Source: the human T2T-CHM13v2.0 reference genome, Homo sapiens
Assembly (NCBI GenBank): GCA_009914755.4
Contig: CP086569.2
Span: 22,592,001 to 22,656,000, forward strand
Reading direction: 5' to 3'
Length of the DNA stretch: 64,000 bases
Position numbers and translations under genes: made by a program. Numbering within the stretch: position 1 is the first letter of the stretch; every line of letters begins with the position of its first letter. Positions 1 to 11,632 of the stretch are shown here, one piece after another. The notes under the pieces were generated by a model. It was not told the DNA's origin, did no database searches, and worked only from the letters and a program-made list of their open reading frames with translations.

Positions 1-800
1 GATTTGATACAGATGAACAAATGATGCCTTTATTTACCCAACTGCAAACAGCAGTTAGAAGTAGAATGCACCCTTTTTACATCACTCACACTAGGGCTAT
101 ACACCTCTTACAGGACCTTTGACTGAAGGGAATCAAATGGCTAATCACCTCATTGCTAATGCAGTATCTAATTCTAGACACTTTCACAATTTAACCCATG
201 TTAATGCCTTGTCTCAAATGCAGATACAGCATTACCTGGAAATAAGTTAAGCTATTATCCAGTGATGCCCAAGTTGCCAAATCGTACATTCATCATCTTT
301 TATAGGAGGAGTTAATCATCGAAGATTGGAACCTAACTCTCTTTGGCAAATGAATATCACACTTGTTTCCTCATTTGGGAGACTAGCTTTTGTACATATA
401 TGTGTGTACACATTTTCTCACTTTTTCTGGGCTATGTGCAAATCAGGTGAGTCTTCTGACTGTGTTAAACATCAATTTTTGCAGTGTTTTGTGGTGATGG
501 GCATTCCAGCTTCTACTAAAACAGTTAATGCCCCAGGCTGTACTATCCAAACTCTAGCTACATTTTTCTCTATGTGGAATACTAAACACATTACTGGTAT
601 CCCATACAATTCTCAAGGACAAGCCATAGTGGAAAGAATGAATCTTTCCCTAAAAACAGCAGTTGCAAAAGCAGAAAGGGGGAAATGGAGAATATGGAAC
701 CCCATAGATGCAACTGAATCTAGCATTATTAGCTTTAATTTTTTTGAGCCTGTCCAAAGGCCAGATGTTATCAGCAGCTGAACAGCATCTCCAGAAACCA
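1..800 (+). pseudogene. pol: retroviral pol remnant (RNase H C-terminus and integrase catalytic core), multiple frameshifts/stops
   Basis: ORF 326-781 and the upstream shifted frames carry the integrase zinc-finger/core motifs listed above; several stops and frameshifts break the reading frame. Confidence 0.8.
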
Positions 801-1108
801 CCTGCAAAGACAGAAGCAGAACAACTGATTTGGTGGAGAGATACAATAACGAAATTGGGAAATAGGTAAAATAATAACTGGGGGTGGAGGTTATGCTTGT
901 GTTTCTCCAGGCCAAAATCAACAACCAATTTGGACACCATGAAGACACCTGAAACCTTATCATGAGCCAGATGCCAAGGAAGAGACTCCGTGAGGATCCC
1001 GAGGATCCCCCAGTTGCAGCCACATCAAGGATGCCTCTGAGGAACACCCCAACTGTCATGAGCAACACCTGTTGAACACAGCCACTGACCTGGGGACAGA
1101 TCAAGAAG

Positions 1109-1990
1109 GTGTCAAAGATGGCGGAAGAAAACCTGAGGAAAGCAGTACAACCAGTCACAATGAGTAATTTAATGGTAGCTATCATAGCAGTTATCACCAC
1201 TGCTGTGAGTATTCCTTCAACAAAGGCTGACACAGAGAACAATTATGCTTATTGGGCATATTTATCAATCCTGTCTGGTAATAATGCCTGGATATAGTCA
1301 CTCTATGCCACAGTTACACATGCCTTCTGATCTCAGTATTTTACATAATAAATCTGCCCCTATAATTGAGGCATACTGCCCTCAAAAACCTATTTGTAAA
1401 AAAATAGAACCTGGACAGAAATAATGAATGTAATTGTTTAGGAAAATTTCTTTGCAGAACAGGCAGAGGTGCTGCACAATGATTCCTATGGAATCATTAT
1501 TGATTGATCCCCTAAGGGGATGTTTCTCTTGAATTGCACCTCTCAGTCTGCGTGCCATGGCCACATTATGTTCAGCTTGCCTGAACAAAATGGTAGGATG
1601 GTAGAAATGATAAGAAGTATGGCAAGAGTTCCTATTTTCTGGAACCATGGTGGTATAGTTACGCCTCAACCTCAAATGATATGGCCTGCTGTAGGAGCTA
1701 AACATAAGGATTTGTGGAAACCATTAATACCTCTTAATAAGATCAAAATTTGTGAAAGAATGAAAAAGCATATATTGCAAAATTAAAAGAACAAATATTT
1801 AAAGCATCCCAGGCACACCTGACCTTAATGTCAGGAACCGGAGTGCTTAAAGGAGCTGCAGACAGATTAGCAGCTGGTAACCCATTAAAATGGATCAAAA
1901 CACTTGGAAGCTCTGTGATTTCAATAATGGTTGTGCTTTTAATCTGTGTTGTTTTTGTTTGTATAGTCTGTAGATGTGGATCCTGACTCC
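1109..1990 (+). pseudogene. env: retroviral env remnant (signal/SU start through TM cytoplasmic tail), shortened and stop-interrupted
   Basis: ORF 1109-1297 (MSKMAEENLRK...NLMVAIIAVITT) resembles the HERV-K env N-terminus; 1787-1986 matches the HERV-K TM C-terminus. The length (~0.9 kb against ~2.1 kb for intact env) implies internal deletions. Confidence 0.7.
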
Positions 1991-2059
1991 TGCAAGAAGT
2001 AGCTCACCATGACAAAGCTGCCTTTGCTTTTATCAATTTGAAAATTAAAGAAGGGAGCA

Positions 2060-2568
2060 TGTTGAGAACAAGCCCCCCACAAATCTGGCCATAAACTGGA
2101 CCCAAAACTGGCCATAAACAAAATCTCTCCAGCACTGATATGTGCATGATGGCCATAAAGCCAACACTGGAAAGTTATAGGTTTATGGGAATGAGGGCAA
2201 GGAACACCTTGCCTGCCCAGTGCAGAAAACCACTTAAAGGCATTGTTAAACACAAACAATAGCATTCATGATCTGTGCCTTAAGGACATGATCCTGCTGC
2301 AGTTAACTAGCTCAACCTATTCCTTCAATTTGGCCCATCCTTTCATTACCCATAAGGGATACTTTTTGTTAATTCGATATCTATAGAAATAATGCTAATG
2401 ACTGGCTTGCTGTTAATAAATATGTGAGTAAATATCTGTTTGAGGCTCTCAGCTCTGAAGGCTGTGAGGCCTCTGATTTCCCACTTCACACCTCTTTATT
2501 TCTGTGTGTGTGTTTAATTCCACTACTGCCACTGGGTTAGGGTCTCACCAACTGAGCTGGTCTCAGCA
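2060..2568 (+). repeat. candidate 3' LTR of the ERVK-type provirus (start uncertain, ~2030-2060)
   Basis: Follows env stop and a purine tract; begins TGTTGAG, contains AATAAA (2417) and ends CA. It is not similar to the LTRs of the second ERVK element at 25851/29076. Confidence 0.45.
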
Positions 2569-4100
2569 TGATTGTTAACAGAGAGTAGTGAAAACTTACA
2601 CAGCCAGAGAGGACCTCAAAGAAACTCCCTTAGTAAATGTAGAAATGGAGCTTTTTCCTAAAACAAGAAACACCAAAGTTAGGGTATGCAGTAGTCCCTT
2701 TGAATTATATTACTGAGAATATGCCTCTCTTACCAGGCACCAGAGTTCAAATCACTGAGTTACTTGCCCTTGTGAGAACACTCAAATGAAGCAAAAAAAG
2801 AAAAAAGAAATGTTTATAATATTTATACTGGTTTTAAATATGCTTTTCTGATCATCTATGACCATGCCACTTTGTGGAAAGAAATACATTTTCTGACAGT
2901 CACTCATTAAGTATCATCAGGATATACATAGATTTTTCTCCTGTTTTTCTTTCATGGAAAGTAGTAGTACTACATTGTAGAAGACACAAGTAGGGGACTG
3001 ATAAAGCAGCCAAGAAAAATAGATTGAGAAACCAGAGAGCCAAACAAACAAACAACAACAACAACAAAAAAAACAATTTTGCAATATACTGGAAGTCTCT
3101 CTTGTCTTAGAAAGCTTCATTAGAGAAATAAAGCCTCAGTATTCCCATGCAAAGATAGAATGGACCACTTTTGAAAGATACATTTTTCAGCACTCTAAAT
3201 ATTTATAATTGCATTATGAGCCTTCAGCCAGTGAAATGTTTTTAATGTCCTCCACCAAGTTTTGACTTATAAAACAACAAGAAAAAAAAACTACTGAAAA
3301 GAGTCAAACAGATTCTTAATACTTTTGAAACCTGCCTTAAAAATAATCTTCTTGGGCCAGGTGCAGTGGTTCATGCCTGTAACCCCAGCACTTTGGGAAG
3401 CCAAGGCGGGCAGATCACAAGGGCTGGAGATTGAGACCATCCTGGCTAACATGGTGAAAACTCATGTCTACTAAAAATACAAAAAAAAAAAAAAAAAATA
3501 GCTGGGCATGGTAGTATGTACCTGTAGTCCCAGTTATTCAGGAGGCTGAGGTAGGAGAATCACTTGAACCCAGGAGGCAGGAGTTGCAGTGAGCCCAGTT
3601 TGCATGACCGCACTCCAGCCTGGCAGACAGAGCATGACTTCATCTCAAAAATAATAATAATCTCAAAAGACAGTTTCTATCCCTGCTGCTCAATATCTGA
3701 AAAGCTATCTAGGGAAAGATTGAGAGAAGAACTTCATTTATATGACAGATAAAGTGTGCATTTATTACCTCCTGATATGTATTAAAAACCCACAAAATAT
3801 TGCAGACTTGTGGTGAGTAAAGAATGTCACTTGCTAACAGGCCCAGGATTTTCATGTTTTTGGACCTCAAGAAGAGTAAAGTTTGCCCAACTCATAGGTA
3901 TTTGAAAGTAAAACCCATAGTTGTTCTTGGCTTTAAGAGTGCTTATCAGAGTTTCCTCCTGAAGAACAGTTTCGTAAAAGCCAATTTAGAGAGACTATTT
4001 AAAAATAATTATTTTTGCTGCACTTTATGCAAATACTTAGGTTAAATATAAAATTATAGTTCATTTTACTATTTTCAACTCAGGCCTAACATACTTTGTT
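2569..4100 (+). mobile_element. pol: class I (gammaretrovirus-like) ERV internal fragment, RNase H region onward, interrupted by an Alu; right boundary uncertain
   Basis: 2569-3355 is clearly homologous (same orientation) to 14690-15535. It translates to RNase H-like RVQITELLALVRTLK (MLV SAQRAELIALTQALK) and ...KYHQDI (HCPGHQK region). Confidence 0.55.
3355..3662 (+). mobile_element. Alu SINE, full length, A-rich tail; inserted into the class I ERV fragment
   Basis: GGCCAGGTGCAGTGGTTCATGCCTGTAACCCCAGCACTTTGGGAAGCCAAGGCGGGCAGATCACAAGG ... poly(A); possible target duplication aaaaataat at both ends. Confidence 0.9.
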
Positions 4101-4145
4101 TATTTACAGTAATAAGAAATGAAGAGAGAAAAATTATGTTTAAAT

Positions 4146-4412
4146 CTTTTCTTTTTTCTTTTTTTTGCGATGAAGTTTCACTCTTGTTTACCAGACTGGA
4201 GGGCCAATGGCACTATCTCGGCTCACCACAACCTCTGCCTCTTGAGTTCACATGATTCTCATGACTCAGCCTCCCAAGTAGCTGGGATTACAGGCATGTG
4301 ACACCATGCCTGGATAACTTTGTATTTTTAGTAGAGACGGTGTTTCTATGTGTTGGTCAGGCTGATCTTGATCTTGAAGTGCTGGGATTACAGGTGTGAG
4401 CTACCTCAACTA
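4146..4412 (-). mobile_element. Alu SINE (reverse orientation)
   Basis: T-run then GAGACGG.../GCTGGGATTACAGGCATGTGACACCATGCC... reverse-complement Alu body. Confidence 0.85.
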
Positions 4413-6149
4413 GCCTACATGTTTCAAATCTTATCATATGTTTGCCATTATATTCTCATCTCATTAGTTGTCTTTAGCATTTGCCTATATTTTAGGCTAT
4501 CCCTGTTGATCCCTGTGAGCCAGCCAGAAATCTCTAGCTGCAGCTAGGTTGAAAATATAAAAATATTAATATTGCAAAATATGTAAACATATATTTGTTA
4601 TGGGCAATTACCCTACAAAGCTTGCCAGGTAATGAGAGTATATAGTTGACTCATAATTCAGGGGGTTTTTTGTTTTGGGGGACAAGACCAAGGAAGCTAA
4701 GCCAAGCCAAGCCCCATGCACCCAAAACTTGTTAAGCATATCTATAGCTATTAGTTATAAGGGCATGTCAGCAGCCTCAGAATTTTTAAGCTATCCTTTT
4801 CCTCACCTCGTCTCATTTTAACACTTTATATTTTGATAACCAAGATTGTTTCATCTCACATAGAGGCAATCAAACAAATTGTACTGCAAACGAAACCACT
4901 TATGTAAACACCGTGGTTTTGAAAAACCTTACCCTAACCTCAGTGTGAACTCCAGCTGTTGTATTTCCTTACAAGATGACCCTTCCTAGCAAAAAGTAGC
5001 TAGAAAGATCAATCCTCAATCTCCCTAACAGCAATTAGTGTTTTCACACCTGCAGGGGACAATGAGAGAGAAACTTAGTAGGTGTCATTGGTAAAACTTC
5101 TTTAAACAGAGATGCAGCCTAGAAATGTACAGCGTTTCCAATGTACAATCTTCCGTTGCCTTGGTAGATAACCCAGATCTTTGTAAGTATTGTAAAACTG
5201 TCTCTGAGCTTTGGCCATCATAGAAAGCAGGCATACAAAAGATAATGCCCCAAAGTCAGAGACACAAACCCTTGGTAAACCCTTAAATTCTACTTCTAAA
5301 TGCCCTACCCGCACCTCTTTTATAGGCTTTCTAATGTCCATGTCATCAGTTTCTCTCCCTGTTCCACCCTGTAAACCATCAATTTCAATGTGGGCCCTGT
5401 AGAAAATGCCAAAAAAACGTGGTACTACTAGATTTCAAGTTCTCTTTTCATTGCAGGGCCTTAGAAAAATAAATGTAAATCTAGTCGAGTTCTCTGATGA
5501 CTCTAATAGATATATAGAGGCATTCCAAAATCTAACACAGGTATTTCATTGTATGTGGAGACATGCTACGTTAATCCTAAACCAAAGCTGCAGAAAAATT
5601 GGCAGCTTTACTAGCAGCAAAAGCATTTGAAGATGAACAACATATTTACTATACCCAGCCTAAAAGTATAAAGGGAAAGAAATCTAGAAAAACGGATGGT
5701 GAAAGACAAAACTAAGGTGAACAGATAGCATAATCTTTATTCCCAACAGGAAAAAAGACAGTGCTCTTTGAAAACATAATTGGAATCCCCGTCATTTGAT
5801 AGAGGAGTGGAAAAGAATAAAAATTTAGAATGCATGTACAGGAATGCTAGTAAAAGAACAGTGCCAAACCTCTTAATTACTCTAAGATAAACATAATAGA
5901 TTAAAACTTGATGAGAATCCCTCAATCTTTATGGAAAGGCTGAGAGAGGGTGAGTAAAACGCACCTCTGTATTTTCTGACTCAGTTGAGCACCAGTTAAT
6001 CTTAAGAAAGAAGTTTATTTTTCAGGCAGTCTTGATTTAAAAAAAAAAAAAGCTACAAAGCAGGTCACATGACCGGATAATGTACTAGTTTTAGCAGTGC
6101 AACAAGATGTAACAATTCTTTTTTGTTTTAGATATTGCTCAGAGCAACA

Positions 6150-6310
6150 CATACACATATGTACTACTCAGTATATGTAAGTGTATATATACAGTCTGGT
6201 TTGTGTATATAGATATATGTATAAATACACATAGCATGTGTGTGTGTATATATATATATGTATATGCACACACACATATACACACACACACACACCTACA
6301 CAGACACACA
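6150..6310. repeat. compound (TG/CA)n-(TA)n microsatellite
   Basis: gtgtgtgtatatatatatgtatatgcacacacacatatacacacacacacacacc. Confidence 0.8.
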
Positions 6311-8124
6311 ATTTAGAAGATTAAGGAGCATGAACACATGGGTAAAGTTTGAGGAAAACTTTAATATGCAAAAGAAGAGATCATTTCACCAGCAGAAATA
6401 TGGGCCCACATGAGTTGCAAACTATGAGGCAAGTGTTTAAAATTTTTATAAACTGAAAAGAGAAAGGGATGTTCTTAGTTTGTCAGCTATCTTATACAAT
6501 GTGTCTTAGCCTTGGTCTTGGACCAGTAAGAAAGCATAGCCTAAGACCTTGGTCTGGGACCAATAGGAGGCTGAAGTGATAATTCATAGAGACTGCTCAG
6601 GATAGCCCAAGAAGACTTAAAAATGCAAATGAAAGACTGGCTTGTGAGTTTGGCCCAGGATCAGTCAGGAGCTTAAGTGATAATTCTTAGAAGCTGGACT
6701 TATTGTCTGAACAATAACAACAACAAATAGAGCGAATGAGAACCCACTGAAGCTTGCTGAATTTATGCCTGTGAAAGGAGAATAAAATTTTCTCATTGTG
6801 GGTGTGGGGCACTGATTATACAAAGGACAAAAATATTCTATGCCACACCTCTTTCTTTCATCTGTGTAAGCCTGAGTTTTGTGCAAGTTTTTTTTTTTTT
6901 TTTTCCAGAATGGACTGGAGGTTCTTCCGTCTGTGTAGCTGCAGGAATATGTTCAGGCAGTAGCCACTGTGTTAGGTCCTGTATCAGTGGTTTCAGCTTA
7001 ATTTCTTTTAAGGCTGATTGTTGTGTTATGTTTGGTTGAGGCACTGACATATCTGCTTGGGGCTCTCTGGAAACCCTTGCCTTGCTTTTTACCTAAGAGA
7101 AGCTAGCTAACTTTTCTCAGTCTCCCCTCAGAAATAAAGAACCTAACTGCTTTAGGGAGATTAAGTGTTGATCTTTCTGGCTACTCTCTGCTGCAGAGGG
7201 GTGTTTGTAAAAAACAGCAGTTAGAATTTATTTCAGACATTGTTTCAGAGTCCTCAGAAGATAGGTGATTTTATGTGTGGTCTTACTTGCATTATTACTA
7301 TTTGGAGTTGACAGCCTCAAGGAAAAAAAATAGAGTTACTAAAGGACATGTATTGTAACAAGACAAGTTGGCTAAGGACAGCTTAAGTGTCCCAAGCCTG
7401 GTGACACACCCTTATAACTGATGGCTACAGTTATGCCTGCTAAGATTTAGGTATATGGAACTCAGCTTTAATTAAAAAAATACAAACAAGCCTCTGTATT
7501 ATGGGAACCATATTTATTTTCATCAACTGGCAGGATTTGTAGGATTTTTGCCAAGAATTATATATAATATTGTAACAAATTTTTAAATTACTCATTACTT
7601 TCTGTTTACTTTGATCTAAAGTCAAAGATTATTAATTGGCTCATGGGATTCAGCAGGGTTAGTTTAAAATGTAGGCAACAACTTAAAAACAACTTATGAG
7701 AACTTATGAGACTATGCATTAATGACAGAAGTACAATAAGTTTTGAAACATATTATTTCTCTTCAGTTCATATTTTTGTAAAAAAATATCATGATAGAAC
7801 TAAATTGTTTGGAAAATAGATGTCAGTCTTCCACTTGGCCTAGTTTTATAAAGTGCAGGCAAGAATAATTACCTTTACATTTTTTTTTCAATTGGCTTTC
7901 ATGGAACTCCGTTCTGCAAGGAATCTCAGGAAGTTTTAAAGCTGAGACCAGCCATGAGCTTGTACCCTTAAATACTGAGCTGGGTAAACTCCTCTCTTAT
8001 TGAGTTACCAAAAGCATGGGGTTGTTTTGAGGCTTTTGAGAAAGTGATATTCTCTACCTACCACAGGTTCAGAACCCTGAATGGGAATGGTGTAGACAAG
8101 GTTTAAAGCCATTTTTTTCCCTAA

Positions 8125-8469
<345 letters not shown>

Positions 8470-9499
8470 TCAAGCTTTATTCTTTAAAGAGAAACATATC
8501 CTTTCAGTCAAAGCCTCAGTAAAATAACCAGTTTTTTTCCAGTTTTGTTTTGTTAAAACAAATTTTTTTTTTGCACTGATGCAAACAACTATATTGCTGT
8601 AAGTTAAGAAAAGCAAAAATTAGTTACCAAGTATTAGAGAAAACAGGGAGGGAAAAATAAAATATTTTTATATTTTTTACAATAGTATACTTTAATCAGT
8701 TGTTGAACACTGTTGCCTGCACAAAAGAAAGTTCCCTTAACCCTGAAAAACAAAATACACAGAAATATTTGAAGTCAATGTTGAAAAAATGGCTTCAGTG
8801 TTTTTAGTCCATTTTCTTAAGCTTTTCATGAGTTTTGTTAATATCTAATTATAAACCTGCATTTGAGAGCAGCTGTTAAAGTCCTACAGCTAATTATAAA
8901 CCATTTTTAGAAAAGGATTAAAACAATTGTCTGTAAATGACAGAATGCCTAAAGTGGTTACAGACACTCGTTGACAAAAAATGGCTATTTTTATGGTTTA
9001 CAATGGCTAAACATAATAATTTTGATTAAGTTTGATAGCCTTTTTAGACCTTAGAACTTTGACACCGCATATGGCTACAAAACTTATGTTAATATTATTT
9101 ACTAAAATGTAACCTGAAGAAAATTAAAATTAGCTTGGTAACCACATGTATTTAAACAACCTAAATGCATAAGGTTGTTAAATACTTTTAAAAATACATG
9201 TTAAAGACGTGTTTGAAATGGGAGCCCTCTGTAGCATTTAAAATCGAGGACTCAGAAAGGACAACTCTGTAACAAAAATTTGTTTTTGAAATGCCTGCCA
9301 AATATGTACGAAATTTAAAACATTTACTGTTATAAAATATAAAGATTATCATAAGTCATTTGTTTTGCCAAAATAAATTTAAAAATTTGAAGTGACAAAA
9401 AGCTACTGTTATTAGCCTTTATATTACATAAAAATCTTGTTCTAGAGTGGAAACAGATTTTACTGTTGCATTAGTCCACTATTAAATTTACCGCTATTC

Positions 9500-9700
9500 T
9501 TTTTTTTTTCCTTTGTTTGTTTGAGACAGAGGCTCACTCTATCACCCAGCTTGGGGTGGCACAGTCTCAGCTCACTGCAAGCTCCACCTCCCAGGTTCAG
9601 GCCATTCTCCTTCATCAGCCTCCATCTCTTGACCTCATGATCTGCCTGCCTCAGCCTCCCAAAGTGCTGGGATTACAGGCGTGAGCCACTGTGCCAGTCC
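9500..9700 (-). mobile_element. Alu SINE (reverse orientation), internally deleted (~200 bp)
   Basis: poly(T) ... CTCAGCTCACTGCAAGCTCCACCTCCCAGGTTCAGGCCATTCTCC ... GGGATTACAGGCGTGAGCCACTGTGCCAGTCC. Confidence 0.8.
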
Positions 9701-10422
9701 AATTTACTGCTATTTTTAAATTAAACCTTATAGACAAATTTATCTTAATCAGTTTAACAACGAGGTGAGGTTTTCATAAACTTTTTAAAACCCTTTAACA
9801 ACTCTTTACACATTTTGCTAAAGAGCAGATTAGCATCTCAAGAAAACCGCGCTGCACTTTTATTTCAATGCTTCACTTATAGAGTAACCATATAATATAT
9901 CCCTTTTTATTTAATGTGTTCAGACAGCATTTTCTTTTGCAAGATTAACATGTACAGTTGTTCTTCCATCTGCTTAAATCTTTAGCTTTATGTGATTTGA
10001 TTTAAGAGAAGTCTTTATCTCTAAGATAAATGAGCATTTACATGCCATTTTATAAATTTTACTATATTTTACTTTTCTTATACACCTTACATGAAAATTT
10101 AATTTTAGTAGTCTCAATCACATGTTATAATGGTAACATTTTGTAATTTTTCACTTGAATGTAAAACATGGTAAGTTGTTTTAATTGTGTGCTAAGTGCA
10201 GATAAAGGCTGACTCTCTCAGCTTACTTAGAGGTGTGATTACTTTTATATGTCCCCAGGCTATACCAATAGTGAAGCAGGCAAGCCTATGGTTTTCAAAG
10301 GACAAAGAAGTAGTTTACATCCTTCAAACAATTAGGAAACTTACATTTTTTACCTGCATAATATAGACCACATATTAACATCTGGAAGACATTTGCATTT
10401 TATCAATAATCTTGGAGGCTGT

Positions 10423-10680
10423 TTTTTTTTTTCAAACAGAGCCTCGCTGTGTTGCCAGGCTGGAGTGCAGTGGCATGATCTCAGCTCATTGCACTGCCTC
10501 AGCCTCCCAAGTAGCTAGAATTACAGGTGCCAACCACCATGCCTAGCTAATTTTTGTATTTTTAGGAGAGACAGGATTTCACCACCTTGGCCAGTCTGGA
10601 CTTGAACTCCTGACCTCGTGATCCACCTGCCTTGGCCTCCTGAAGTTCTTTGATTACAGGTATGAGCCACCATGCCTGGC
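10423..10680 (-). mobile_element. Alu SINE (reverse orientation)
   Basis: poly(T) ... GGCTGGAGTGCAGTGGCATGATCTCAGCTCATTGCA ... GATTACAGGTATGAGCCACCATGCCTGGC. Confidence 0.9.
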
Positions 10681-10913
10681 AGAGGGTGCTTTATTTTTAA
10701 AAAGTTAAAGTCACATGAACTGAAAGCTACCACAGCCTTTATTTTTCCTTTTCATAATATTTTGGTCAAGTGGCTATCTTTTCTTAAGCTAATGAATTAG
10801 AGATCTTTTAATAAAAATAATGTATACATAACCAAACAAACCAACAGAAAATATACTAGTTATACAATTTTTTGTTTTCCATTTTTCTCATCAGATTATT
10901 CACCTATGGAGGG

Positions 10914-10944
<31 letters not shown>

Positions 10945-11189
10945 GAGATGGAGTCTTGCTCTGTCACTGAGGCTGGAGTACAATGGCAGAATCTTGGCTC
11001 ATTGCAACCTCTGCCTCCTGGGCTCAATTAATTTTCCTGCCTCAGCCTCCCAAGTAGCTGAGACTACAGGCACCCACCCAGATAATTTTTGTATTTTTAG
11101 TACAGATGGGGTTTCACCATGTTGCCCAGCCTGGTCTTGAACTCCTGACCTTAAGTGATCTACTTGCCTTAGGATCCCAAAGTACTGGG
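10914..11189 (-). mobile_element. (GT)n microsatellite followed by a 5'-truncated Alu (reverse orientation)
   Basis: (GT)14 at 10914-10941, then TTTGAGATGGAGTCTTGCTCTGTCACTGAGGCTGGAGTACAATGGC ... CTTAGGATCCCAAAGTACTGGGG; lacks the terminal GATTACAGG...GGCC portion. Confidence 0.85.
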
Positions 11190-11559
11190 GGTGAGGCCTT
11201 TTAAGGACAAGGTTACTAATGCAGTTATCAGGGCTTAATAAACAAGCATAGCTTTAAGAAAAACACAGATTATGAGAGGGGCTTATTCACCTCTTATTCC
11301 AGGGTCTTTATAAACTAAGAAGGGGAAGGAATGTGCTTATTCTGCAGGCTGTCTTGGAGAATGTGTGACTCACCTTGGCTTGGGAATTTGGCTTGAGATC
11401 AATCAGAAACCTTTCCCCAAAATGTTGGTCCAGTAGCAATCAGAGCTGATGTGATGATTACTGGAGGCTGTTCAGCTTGTCATAAAATCTATACGCAGCT
11501 AAAATGAAAGTTTGGCCCACAACTTTAAAGCAGCACAAATCAAGGGACGAAATACTTAA

Positions 11560-11632
11560 TAGAAGACAAATCAGAATTAAGAAACAAACAAACAAACAAG
11601 CAAACAACAACAACAACAACAACAAAATAGTG
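11560..11632. repeat. (AAC/CAA)n microsatellite
   Basis: gaaacaaacaaacaaacaagcaaacaacaacaacaacaacaaaatag. Confidence 0.8.

Larger units (their letters stand above)
1..2568 (+). mobile_element. ERVK-superfamily (betaretrovirus-like, HERV-K/HML-type) provirus, 3' portion: pol (RNaseH end + integrase) - env - candidate 3' LTR; window starts inside the element
   Basis: Frame-shifted translations match HERV-K pol/env from memory: FYITHTRA (HERV-K FYITHIRAH), GVNHRRLEPNSLWQMNITLV ([20 protein letters not shown]), ITGIPYNSQGQAIVER (TGIPYNSQGQAIVER), env TM tail KEQIFKASQAHLTLMSGTGVLKGAADRLAAGNPLKWIKTLGSSVISIMVVLLICVVFVCIVCRC (HERV-K [64 protein letters not shown]). Purine tract aaagaagggag at ~2047-2057, AATAAA at 2417, element ends ...tctcagCA at 2568. 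Confidence 0.8.

Noticed and set aside
613-1242. 209-aa ORF on the minus strand
   Set aside because: Lies antisense to the ERVK integrase/env remnant; composition is hydrophobic low complexity with no motif. It is an antisense artefact of a coding-derived region.
4550-6050. Possible additional ERV RNase H-like fragment (5480-5640, ...KLQKNWQL...)
   Set aside because: Similarity to retroviral RNase H is too weak and too short to support; left unannotated.
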